From the NCBI RefSeq assembly GCF_006345805.1, contig NC_043024.1:17856001-17920000 (forward strand): a stretch of DNA of 64,000 bases, given 5' to 3'. The translations under genes and the position numbers were made by a program. This stretch comes from Octopus sinensis. Lineage: Eukaryota. How positions within the stretch are numbered: position 1 is the first letter of the stretch; the number at the start of each line of letters is the position of its first letter. The notes under the pieces were generated by a model. That model was not told where the DNA came from. It did no database searches and was given only the letters and a program-made list of their open reading frames with translations. This document shows, piece after piece, positions 41,311-53,525 of this stretch.

Positions 41311-42077
41311 AGTGACTGACACCATTAAAGATTGGCGTCAGCTTGACCAATCAGTTGGTATAATCTCTCATATAAAATATTCCTTTATCCAAGATGGTAT
41401 TATGACCTCAGCATTTCATTGGCTGACAGAAATCATGTGAGTAACTCAGTGGGGTGGGGGCGGATTCTTAACTTTGAAAAGACATTCTTTTTAAAGGGAG
41501 TCAACTTTTGGGCTTATTGTTGAAACTCTGGTAAAAAAAAAAAGTTTTGATACCTTTGATAGCAAAAATAAGTCAAAGAGAATGGAATACTTTGAGTTTC
41601 TTTTTCAATTGATTCCAATAAAGAATACCTGTTCTCATACTATTATTCTATATATTAGCAACAAAGGCAGCATTAAAACCAAGAGTGAATATTTATCCTC
41701 ATTTAAACATGGATGCTGTGTTAGAACAAACTATACTGGAGCAGATGCCATGAGAGAAACCCTTATGTTGGCCTTTTGGTGCAAAGTGTACTCTTGTTTA
41801 TATCACTAGTAGGGAGATAAATCCCTGCTACTTCTAGGGCCAAGACCACCAGATCATGTGGTTTCAACTTTGTTTAGTTTTGTCAATGATGGACGCTTGA
41901 CCGCTAGACGTAGCAGCAATTCATCTCCTACCAGCGATATATGGACTGCCAGTGCCAGAACAGGTGCTGGTGTCACAATTAGCCAATTAGCTTGCTATTA
42001 TTTAATTTTTGATAATGGAAGGCAAGGTTTATGATATCGGAAGAATATCGTCTTCTTCCATCATTTTTTGTTCTTCG

Positions 42078-42457
42078 TGTAGTTCAGACTTTCGGCAGGC
42101 GAAGAGAGAAGACTTCAAGTACAAACATTATTTACAACTGGTTTATTTACAGGAAAGGTGAAGTGTGCTACTCTCAGCTACCATCTTAAGCTGTGTGCGT
42201 TGTGTATGTAGTTCCATTAGTGTGGGCGCATTTTGCCTCCAGCCAGTGATGTTGTTCAGCCAGCGCTACTGTGAAGGTGGCGCCAAAAATGAGAGATTTG
42301 AAGAGGGTTTTCCCTTTATATAGTTTTCTATCATGAGCTTTGTTGTGATCTCATGCATGGCAAATGGATGCAGGTGAGGTCTTGCTCCAGTCTCGGAGAT
42401 GGCAATGGCTGCCGCGAGATCTCATCCAATATGGCACTGACTGCTTGTGCCACTACA
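42078..42457 (-). mobile_element. Possible solo LTR
   Basis: TGTAGT...ACTACA termini, with minus-strand TATATAAA upstream of AATAAA; no target-site duplication found. Confidence 0.4.
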
Positions 42458-42468
42458 AATTCCATCAA

Positions 42469-43135
42469 AGGCAGCAAGCTGGCAGAATCCTTTGCTCACT
42501 TCGACAAAATGCTAAGTAGCATTTCATCTGTCTTTACGTTCTGAGTTCAAATTATGCTGGGGTCGACTTAGGCCCTACATCCTTTCGGGGTTGATAAATT
42601 AGGTACTAGTTGATTACTGGAGTTGATGTAATTGACTTAACCCCTGCCCACAAAACTTTCAAGCCTCGTGCCTGTAGTAGAAAAGATTATTTAACCCTTT
42701 TGTTACTGTATCTATTTTGAGATGCTCTGTGTTTCTTTCAATTATTTTAAATATAACAAAGAATTTAGTAAAATAACTTAGTTATCATTAAGCTAGTGTT
42801 AGCAACATAAATTGTGACTAAGTTTTGGTGGAAGATTTTGATTCAAAACTTATGAAAACAAGACATTTGTACTCAGAGCCAGAACTGGTTTCAGCCGGGT
42901 TGGTAACAAAAGGGTTAATTCCATCAAGCTGGCAGAATCGTTAGCATGCCAGGCAAAATGCTTAGTGGTATTTCGTCAATCATTATGTTCTGAATTCAAA
43001 TTCCGCCAAGGTTGACTTTGCCATTCATCTGTTCGGTGTCAATAAAATAAGTACCAGTTACACTCTGGGGTCAATGTAATCAACTAGCCCTCTCTCCCAA
43101 AATTTCAAGTCTTGTGCCTAGAGTAGAAAGGATTA
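42469..43135 (+). mobile_element. Two SINE family B copies separated by a MITE
   Basis: GCTGGCAGAATC...TTCAAATT heads at ~42478 and ~42928, both close behind AATTCCATCAA. Confidence 0.8.
42695..42914. mobile_element. piggyBac-type MITE (220 bp)
   Basis: TIR CCCTTTTGTTAC/GTAACAAAAGGG with TTAA on both sides. Confidence 0.9.
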
Positions 43136-43747
43136 CTTTATCCCATAAATGTCCTCTGACATGCCTCAGTTCTCATAATTACTTTTGTTTCATATGGTAA
43201 CACCACTGTAGCCCACAACAATAAGGTAAACAATATCATGCTATAGTATACAATAGAAGAATGAGGACACAAGGATCTGTGGATTTGGATACTTCAAGGA
43301 TCCAAGAGTTGAACCTACAGAGATTATTGCTGACAATTACAGTGATGTCATTGATATTATCCAATATACGAGAAGTTCTCGTGAGGGAAAACAATATGGT
43401 CATCAAAGCATGTCATCTATTCCAAAGTTAATCAGCTCAAATACTCCTATCATTTACCGGTTTAATATTTCATTTTCCCGTTATATGCAGCAAGTCATGT
43501 CCCTTTCTTCTGAAGCTTAATGTCTGTGAAAATGTTTAGGTTGCTGCATGTTTGTTAAGTGACGTATGTAAACTGTGAATGCAGAACTTTGGGAAATACT
43601 GTCGAGGAATATTGCTGGGCCTCAGTGGATTCCATTGACCACAACATAATAGATTATGATGTTCACCAGCAAACACTTAATCCAGTTTATAGCAGAGTTT
43701 TTCTATGGATATTTATGCATGTGTGTAAGTATGTATGTATGTATGTA

Positions 43748-43784
<37 letters not shown>

Positions 43785-44237
43785 ATATATAAAATTAATC
43801 AAAGGACATACTGAGTATGTCTACCTGCTGGAAATAACAGTCAAAACTTATTTAAATCACCAAAATACACTAATAATAACTACAGAAATCAACCATCTGA
43901 ATGGGCTAAGACAATTTCCCAAAATACATTCAATTATTTCGACTCACATGAAACAGTTTCTGGACTGGCATAATAGCCTCACCTTCCTCAGCATGTGTTA
44001 CCATGATAGAGCCTGAACCTATTGTGTCAAAGTCTGCACTGCAATTAATTTGTTTTGCACCGAAATCATGGCAGCCACCAGTGTGAAAATAATTTCAATA
44101 CGGAACAAATAATTCACAAGAAAATGATTCACGAAAAAATAATTTGATTGACTCTATCATTGTTACACTAGATAATGATAGAGTCAATGATATCTTCACA
44201 AATATTTTTATATATATTTGCGTATATATAAATATAT

Positions 44238-44445
44238 GGAGTGTGGTAAGTAGCTTGGTTCCGGGTTCAGTCCCACTGCATGGCAGCTTGGGCAAGTGTC
44301 TTCTACTATAACCTCAGGCCGACCAAAGCCTTGTGAGTGGATTTGGTAGACAGAAACTGAAAGAAGCCCGTCGTATATATATGTGTATATATGTGTGTGT
44401 GTATGTTTGTGTGTCTGTGTTTGCCCCCAAACATCGCTTGACAAC
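44238..44445 (+). mobile_element. SINE family A, 5' half
   Basis: Homology to other copies. Confidence 0.8.
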
Positions 44446-44809
44446 GTTTTGGACTTACGACACTTTTGCTTATAAGCAATGATATATATCGGGCTCCCTA
44501 TCTATTTTGGCATGGTTTCTATGGCTGGATGCTCTTAATGCCAACCACTTTACACAGCACAGGCACAGGTGCATTTTACATGGCACCAGCAGCTGTGAGC
44601 CCATGAGATGAGGGATACTCAACTGAAGAGGGTTGCAGGGATGAGCCTGTATGCAAAGGTAAAAGGGAACCATGCTTTTACTTAGCTTGGTGTGTCTTTT
44701 CAAGCACAGGAAATCACCAGGAGTTTCAGACCCCTGTCATCCCTTCTGTGAAAGAGAAACAGAAAGAGAAATGCAATGTATATACACTCACACACAAACG
44801 TTTAACCAG

Positions 44810-45110
44810 TGGAGGCACATTGGCCCAGTGGTTAGGGCAGCGGACTCATTGTCGGAGGATCGCGATTTCAATTCCTAGACCAGGTGTTGTGTGTGTTTAT
44901 TGAGCGAAAACATCTAAAAGCTCCACAAGGCTCAGGCAGGGGGTGGTGGTGGCCCCTGTTGTACTTTTTCGCCACAACTTTCTCTCACTCTCTCTTCCTG
45001 TTTCTTGAGTAACGCTGCGATGGACTGGCATCCCGTTCAGCTGGGGAGAACACATACGCCACAGAAATCGGGAAACCAGGCCCATGAGCCTGGCTAGGCT
45101 TGAAAAGGAC
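44810..45110 (+). mobile_element. tRNA-derived SINE family D
   Basis: A box TGGCCCAGTGG, B-box-like TTTCAATTCC; second copy at 29575. Confidence 0.7.
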
Positions 45111-46026
45111 GACGTTTTTAAGATGCTACATAAAGCAGACTGTGAAACCTAGTGCAACCTCTGGTCTTATCAGCTCCTATCAAACCAGCCAATCCATGCC
45201 AGCATGGACAACAGACATTAAATTTGTTGATGATGATGATAATCATGATGATGATGATATCTGTATGTATATATATTTATATACATACATATTCACACAC
45301 ATGTATACATAGAAACGCAGACATATTTTGTATGTATGCAAACATGCACACTAACGCACACTCATACGCAACTGCCAGCACCACCAACACCACTGCTGTC
45401 TAAATTGATCCATAGTAAAGAATGAGTGATTACATAACGCCCCCAGACATCCACCACTCTTACTGCTACTGCCCATACTAGAATCTTAACTAATCCTTAA
45501 TTAAGAGCTAAGTGAGGAACTATGTAACACACATCAGTGGATGAATGCAGTCAAGTGTGAATCATCTTACGGTCTAGTGGACTGTCTTGGAGGAGATGGT
45601 GTGGAGGAGGATGTCTGGATGGTGTACATGGTTTGTCTGATTGGATGGTGGTGGCGGGTTATAGAACAGATAATTATGGTTATGGTAAAGATATATATAT
45701 ATACTCATATATATATATACTCATATATATATATACTCATATATATACACACATATATATACATACACACATATATATATACACACACAGAGAGAAAGAG
45801 AGGTGCAGTAGGTGCAAGCATGGCTGTGTGGTTATGAAGCACATCTGGCAACCATGTGGTTTGGGGTTCAGTCCCACTGCACAACACCTTAGACAAGTGT
45901 CTTCTGTTATATTTCCAAGGCGACCATTGCCTCCTGAGTGAATTTGATAAACAGAAACTATATGGAAGGTTAGTGCATATGTACACACACACACACACGT
46001 GTATATATATATATATATATATATAT

Positions 46027-46745
46027 AGGTAAACAGTAAAATTAATTACAGACATGGACAAGAACATGAAACACCACAGAGACCGACACAAGACCACCCA
46101 CGGACATTCGAAGCCCTCAGTCATCAGTCAAGAACCAGATCCTTAGCAATTTCGGCTGATTAATTCTGGAGATTGCTCCGATATGGCAGCCCTCCGCAGG
46201 GAAATCTAAGCCAAGCGCATAGATCCCTGGAAGAAAGCTTCGATGTATACAACGAAAGGACGGAAAACAATCGAAGTACACAAACAAAAATACAGAATAC
46301 GTGACCAATAAGAATACAAAAACGTAAAAACAATAACGGTAAAAATAAAAATAAACAACAAAACAAAACCAGGACGTAGGACAGGGTCTTTCGACAGGAC
46401 GATTTGAGTTGGGGCTGGCTTGTGAAGTTGTGCCTAAAGGCACGGGGAGAACGAACAAATACGTTTGTCTTCTGCGGCTGCTGAAAACGAAAAGAGCGCT
46501 CAACGGCGGCTAGCTGTCACGTGAGAACAGAAGACAGGGGAAAGGGACAGAATGAAAGAGAGCAGAAGGTGGACGAGGGAGGAGAAGAAGAGACAGATCG
46601 AGAGGGGGTGGAGGTGAGAGAGATAGAACAACGTAGAAGGGGGGGGAAACGGATGGAGAGGAAAGAAAGGAAGTTGGAATAAGGGAGGAGAGAGAGAGAG
46701 AGAAAAAGAGACAGATTAAGAGTTGTATCAAAGCTAGAGAAAAAA
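46027..46745 (-). mobile_element. CpG-rich ~720-bp non-coding element inserted in (TA)n, carrying the pseudoknotted HHR-like motif
   Basis: (TA)n on both flanks, CpG-rich relative to surroundings; part is homologous to 40300..40465. Confidence 0.6.
46103..46246 (-). ncRNA. Pseudoknotted hammerhead-like RNA motif, longer copy
   Basis: Minus-strand order GGCUG..GCAA-UC-UCCAGAA..CAGCC-GAAA-UUGC..UUCUUGA-CUGAUGA. Confidence 0.6.
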
Positions 46746-46757
46746 ATATACATATAT

Positions 46758-46790
<33 letters not shown>

Positions 46791-46794
46791 ATAA

Positions 46795-47260
46795 TCAAAA
46801 TCACTGACGTGACCGATGACAGTACCGCCTGATTGGCACTTGTGCCGGTGGTATGTTAAAAGCAGATCTGAACGTAATCGTTACTGGTGGCACGAAGGCG
46901 ATCAATGCCAGTGTCGCCTTACCGGCACATGTGCTGGTGGCACGTGAAAAACAACATTCAAGTGTTGTCGTTGCTAGTGCCACTGAACTGGTTCCCATGC
47001 AAGTAGCATGTAAAAAACACCTTTTGGGCGTGGTCAGTGCCAGAACTGCCTTACTGGCCCTCATGCCAGTGGCACGTAAAAGCACCCACTACACTCTCAG
47101 AGTGGTTGACGTTAGGAAGAGCATCCAGCTGTAGAAACTTTGCCAGATCAGATTGAGCTTTGTGCAGCTTTTTGGCTCACCAGTCCTCAGTCAAACCATC
47201 CAACCCATGCCAGGTTGGAAAGTGGACGTTAAACGATGACAATGATGATGATGACGATGA
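46795..47260 (+). mobile_element. RTE-type 3' UTR copy
   Basis: UTR modules plus shared tail. Confidence 0.8.
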
Positions 47261-47490
47261 TATATCAGTGTCATCATCATCATCACCATTTAATGTCCAT
47301 TTTCCATATTCGTTTGGTTAGATGTCTTGTTTGGTATGGTTTCTACAGCTGGATCCCCTTCGTAACATCAACTACAACACACACACACACACACACACAC
47401 CACACACACACACACACACATATGTGCATAACTGATGAACAACAAGGATGAGTCCTCAACAGCATATTGGTGGATGGAATTTCTTTATTT

Positions 47491-47612
47491 GAGAGGGGAG
47501 GCTGGTATGCATGGGCGACTGCTGGTCTTCCATAAACAACCTTGCCCAGACTTGTGCCTGGCAGGGTAACTTTCTTGGTGCAAGCCCTTGGTTAGTCATG
47601 ACTGAAGGGGGT
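47491..47612 (+). mobile_element. SINE family C, 3' part
   Basis: Homologous to 13560..13718. Confidence 0.7.
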
Positions 47613-48852
47613 CTCAGATACATAACATATGGTATAATTATAAACGGGGCAAATTTCAGCTGTTTCTCTGCAGACTGAAAAAATGATGAATGACTTTAAT
47701 TGATTTTCAAACCTTATTCGGTTCTCATCAGAGGCATCCACATCATTCTGACAGCCTCCAGAGAAAGAAGTAGCCAAACTGTTTATATACTCAACAAATA
47801 TCAGTGGCCTGTCAATGGGGATCTTAGTTCACATAGTATCAAGGTACGATATACGTAATATATGGTATAATATACAGACACACACACACTAATATATATA
47901 CACACACACACACACACATAGGCACACATGCACATGCATGCAATATAGTAAACTATGATTAAGTAAAGCCTAAATGGAATGATTCATGAAACTAAAAGAC
48001 TTATCTTCCATTGTCTTTCCAAAACCCATGTAACATGTTTCTTGTAGTTGTAAAAACCATTAACTCCCGACCCATGCCAGTCACTATCTTCAGCAGGTGA
48101 TAGAAATACTTAGACGGAGGAAGTTAGAAATTTTATACAAACTGCTGTGCCACAAAATGTTACCAGAATTTATAACAATCAGAGGAGGTGAGAGAACATT
48201 AATTTCCAAACCAACCTCGGAATGTATAAAATTTTATAGTAAAACATTATGAAGTATAGGAAATTTGGCAATAAAATTGGGTAAGTGGCATTTATTGCAA
48301 TGCCAAGATAAATACTTTCAGCTTCTTGGTGTTTTTTCCTTTTCATTTTGGAATTAACAGCATTTGACTGTCTGGTTAAATCGCCTGGTTCCTTTTTGTG
48401 GACTTGTTATGTTTGCTGGGTCAGTAATTATCTCTAAGAAGCCATTCTATCACCTGTTGAGGACAACTACACAAGGGACCATGGGTTTATGCTTTTACAG
48501 GCACTAAGGATATAGTTTCTGCCTAGGGATGATATATACATATATATATTTATATATATATATGTATGTATGTATGTATGAATGCATGTATGTATGTATG
48601 TGTGTGTGTATGTATGCAAATATTGAACAATGAGACTGAGTGCTCAACACCACATTGGTGGATAAATATTCTTTATTTGTATATTAAGGCTAACATTGGT
48701 TTCATGCTAATGGATACAATTTTCTACCCTATTACATTGAACATTGCCAATCAGCTCCATTTTGGATTTAAATCCAAAATAGAGATAAACTCCAATATTC
48801 CAACAAACAGTCACCTCAATATACAAATAAAGATGTATGTATGTATGTATAG

Positions 48853-49020
48853 ATGAAATTTTCAGGGAAACAAAAGATGAAGACAGGTGTATAAACAACA
48901 AGCAGGTATATTAGTTTGACGTTCGGGAAGGTGAAAAAGTCTTTTACTTTTCAAGCCTATGCTCTTCAGCAGAAAGGAACACGAGAAAATAAGCAGAGAG
49001 AGAATGAAAAAAACTTGTGG
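48853..49020 (-). mobile_element. Short HHR-like repeat, copy 5
   Basis: Homologous to 25667..25815. Confidence 0.65.
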
Positions 49021-49345
49021 ATTTAGCAGTCAATTATGCACATGTACTATATTACTTTGTACTTATTTCAGATATTGGAGTGAAGCCATGCTGGAGCACT
49101 GCCTTTAGTCAAACAAATCGGCCCCAAGACTTAGTCTTTGTAAGCCTAGTATTCATTCTGTCAGTCTCTGTTGCCAAACTCCTAAGGATATAAACACAGG
49201 ATATAAACACAGCAACATCAGTTGTCAAGTGATGGTGGTGGTGGGGAAACACAGACACACAGGCATATACATATATCATCATCATCATTTAGCGTCCGCT
49301 TTACATGCTAGCATGATATGTATATATATATATATAATATATATA

Positions 49346-49377
<32 letters not shown>

Positions 49378-50632
49378 GTGGACCTCACCAAGGCAATGAC
49401 TAGCGACCGAGACCTTTGGAGATATGCTGTGCTTGGGAAGACCCAACAAGCCAAGTGAGACCATAACCTGTGGCCTATGCCAGTGAGTGTAACCAGCCCA
49501 CTTATGAGTACCCTTCATTCATTGGACAATAAGCTTTGCTTGCAAAGACCTATTGAGGCAAGTGAAATCAAAATCGCTGACGTGGCCAATGACGGTACCA
49601 CCTGATTCGCACTCATGCCAGTGGAACGTTAAAAGCCCCATCTGAACATGATTGTTGCTAGGGCCATGCTGGGCACTGCCATTAGTTTAATGTTGCTGCC
49701 TTAATTTGTATTCTGGAACACTTAAGAGGAGGAGATCCCGTTTTATTTTGCAGACACTTACATCAACCCCAGAGTTTTGGAGATGATATTGAAGAGCTGT
49801 GAATCATGGAAACCCAACCCGTTGCACACTCGCACACACATGTACATACACACGCACTCTTACACACACACACAAGCACATACACGCATACACACATTTA
49901 TTCACACATTCACGCTCAACACACGCACACACACACACATTCACACATTCACATTCACACACAGACTCACACACACAACAGGCTTCTATACAGTTTCCAT
50001 CTTCCAAATTCACTCACAAGGTATTGGTCAGCCCAGGGCTATAATAGAAGACACTTGCACTAGGTGCTACACAGTGGGACTGAACCCAAAATCGCATGGT
50101 TACAAAAGCTTTTTAACCATACAGCCAGGCTTAACCCCCTCCCCTCCCCAAAATATAGAAAGCAAATAAAAAACAAAAAAATTTCTCATTCAATTATTTC
50201 TACAAAGAATTTATCAATACATCACTTTAGATACTGCTTTTTTTGGATATTTATTACCAAATTTCCAAAACTTCAACTATTTTATGATGAAGTTTTACAT
50301 GAAGAATGGTTGTTATTTAAATTAATATTATTTTAGTTACCGATTCTATACCCTCGTTCCAGTTTGTTGCATAGCAGCAGGAATAAATAAAATCATTTTA
50401 CTCTGGCCAATGTTTCTATCAACCACTGAAAACGGTGATATATGGTGCTGTAGTTTTATGCTTTCACAGACACCAGATTCATGATTCATGTCTGGAGAAA
50501 ATAATAGAATATTTATAAATATATTTTAATTTTATTTTCTAACTCTTTGTGGCATGTTCATGTGTCGTTTCATTTAAACCATATTTAAGTTTTATTAAAT
50601 ATAAATCTGTAAACACATACAGACACACACAC

Positions 50633-51245
50633 AAGAGTGGGTGTGTGGTAAGTAGCTTGCTTATCAACCACATGGTTCCATGTTCAATTCAACTGCATAG
50701 CACCTTGGGCAAGTGTCTTCTACTATAGCCTCAGGCTGACCAAAGCCTTGTGAGTGGATTTGGTTGATGGAAACTGAAAGAAGCTCATCGTATATTGGGT
50801 TGGTGCATAATTATTGCAGCTTTTTTCAACAAATTTTATTCAACAAAAACACTAACAATATTTAACAAAACCATCTTTAAATGACGGTGCCTAGCAAATG
50901 GAAAGCAGTAATTGAAGTAGATGGTGAATATGCTCTGGAACAATCATTTAAAGATGTTTTCTGTTACATGTTGTTATTGTTTTTGTTGAAAAAATGCCGC
51001 AATAATTATACCAACCCAATATATTTGTGTGTGTGTCTGTGTGTCTATTTTTGTTCCCCCACCATCGCTTGACAACCGATGCTAGTGTGTTTATGTACCT
51101 GTAACTTAGCAGTTCAGCAAAAGAGATCGATAGAATAAGTAATAGGCTTACAAAAGAATAAGTCCTGCGGTCGATTTGTTCAACTAAAGCTGGTGCTCTA
51201 GCATGGACGCTGTCAATGACTGAAACAAATAAAAGTAAAAGAAAA
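50633..51245 (+). mobile_element. SINE family A interrupted by a mariner MITE
   Basis: Head to 50794, resumes at 51020. Confidence 0.85.
50795..51019 (+). mobile_element. Mariner MITE (225 bp)
   Basis: TIR TTGGGTTGGTGCATAATTATTGC with its inverse, TA flanks; remnant PSKWKAVIEVDGEY of the transposase C-terminus. Confidence 0.88.
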
Positions 51246-51264
51246 TATATATATATACACATAT

Positions 51265-51295
<31 letters not shown>

Positions 51296-51403
51296 TATGT
51301 ATGTATGTGTATATATATATATATATATGTATCTATGTGTATATATATATATATTTGTATGTATGTATGTGTATATATATATATATTTGTATGTATGTAT
51401 GTG

Positions 51404-51440
<37 letters not shown>

Positions 51441-51789
51441 AATAAGGATGGCGAGCTGGCAGAATTGTTAGCATACCAGACAGAGTTCAAATTCCACTGA
51501 AGTCAAGTTTGCTTTCGCTCTTTTGGGGTCAGTAAAATAAGTACCAGCTGAGTACTGGGGATGATGTAATTGCCTTACCCACTCCACCAAAATTGCTGGC
51601 CTTGTGCACCCCCTATAGTGTTTAAAAACTTAATATCCAATATTATTTCTTTTCTAGGCACGCAACCTTGAAAATTTTGTGGGGGAAGGGGGCTAGTCAA
51701 TTACATCAACCCCAGTGCATAACTGGTACTTATTTCATTGTCCCTGAAAGGTTGAAAGGCAAAGTTGACCTCTGCAGAATTTGACACTT

Positions 51790-52330
51790 AATATCAAATA
51801 TCAGCAATAGAATATGTAACTTTTTTCTAAAGATAATTTTGATAAGGTAGCCCCCTATAACAACAGTGCCCAAGCAAACAGTGGCTTTAAAGATAAATTA
51901 TTGTACAACCCCTATCTATTAATAATACCAATAATAAAAATAGACCTAAAAGTTGACTTAGGAGAATAATTTAGTTTCTCCCACTCCTCACTAAATGTTA
52001 ATACCAACATTGCTAAAAAATATTTGTTCCTCTTAGATAAACATTTTCCATAAGCCACAAATACAGAAAAATATTTAATAGATGCTCAATTAAATTATCA
52101 TATACATGCTACCCCAATACATAGAGCATCATTACGTGCACATGCTACCAAGATCCTATTCCCAGTTGTAACTGTTGAAACTCTGGAACTTGTCCACCAT
52201 GACAAGGAATGCATGATTAAATCCATCATATATGAGTCAGAAGTTACAGCAACACTAGATAATAACATAACCAAAAAGAAGAGGTACATCAGTTTATATG
52301 AAGGTGTTATGACGTGGGTCTACATGTCTG
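51790..52330 (+). mobile_element. Penelope-like element ORF fragment (post-RT linker and GIY-YIG N-terminus), decayed
   Basis: Frameshifted TNIAKKYLFLLDKHFP, HKYRKIFNRCSIKLSYTCYPN, SCNC*NSGTCP, KECMIKSIIYESEVT...KRYISLYEG. Confidence 0.85.
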
Positions 52331-52340
52331 GTGTAAAATG

Positions 52341-52389
<49 letters not shown>

Positions 52390-52390
<1 letters not shown>

Positions 52391-52554
52391 CGATGGGTTT
52401 CTTCCAGTTTCTGTCTACCAAATCCACTCACAAGGCTTTGGTTGGCCCAAGACTATAGTTAAAGACACTTGCCCAAGGTGCCACACAGTGGGACTGAACC
52501 CATGACCATGTGGTTGGTATGCAAGCTACTTACCACACAGCCACTCCTGCACCT
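52390..52554 (-). mobile_element. SINE family A, 5' half
   Basis: Homology to other copies. Confidence 0.8.
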
Positions 52555-53107
52555 AATATATATATATATATATATATATATGTGCATACCCAATGGGTTT
52601 CTTTCAGTTTCCCCTCTACCAATCCCACTCACAAGGCCTTAGCCCAGGCTGTAGGTAAAAGTACTTGCCCAGAGTCCTACAACCAGGACTGAACCAAAAC
52701 TACATGCTCGTTTATACTTATACGCACAAACCTAGGTGAGTCATTATTTATCTGCAACACACTTCAGATTGTGGTTTATTTTTATCATTTTTGCTGAGTA
52801 AATTAGTCGTACAAACATCACAAGATGTGATTTCTCCTAATAGTCACTTTGGTGTACATTTAGAAAAGACACACATATATGTACATGTACGATACGCATG
52901 TAGGTGCGTGTGGGTTATGTGCAACTACTGCAACTTGTACTGCTGCTGCTGCTGCCGTTAATACTACTACTACTACTCTACTACTACTACTACTACTACT
53001 ACTGTAATGTGAAATGCTAACACAGAGAAAGTGTGATGGACCTGTTGATATTTACATGATGAAATCAGATGAAGAAAAATCGCACATACACACACACACA
53101 CACTCAT

Positions 53108-53139
<32 letters not shown>

Positions 53140-53237
53140 TTATGTACATGCACACACATCCGTGTTTGCAAGCATACAGTACAAACACGGATGAATATAT
53201 ACACATATACACACACTGGATAAAGAAAGAAAAGTAT

Positions 53238-53525
53238 ATGTGTGTGTCCCTGTTTGTACACATGAGTATGTGTGTGTGTGTGTGTATGTCTCTGTATGTG
53301 AGTACTGTATACAATAATTTCATTATTATATAAGTGTGTGAGTGTCCTTGTTTGTACACATGAGTGTGTGTGTGTGTGTCTCTGTATGTACATATAAGTG
53401 TGTGTGTGTCCCTGTTTGTACATATGAGTGTGTGTGTGTGTGTGTCTCTGTATGTGCATATAAGTGTGTGTGTGTGTGTCCCTGTTTGTACATATAAGTG
53501 TGTGTGTGTGTGTCTGTACATATCA
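53238..53525. repeat. Compound minisatellite alternating (TG)n-TCCCTGTTTGTACA and (TG)n-TCTCTGTATGTACA
   Basis: Direct inspection; ~60-bp higher-order unit. Confidence 0.85.
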
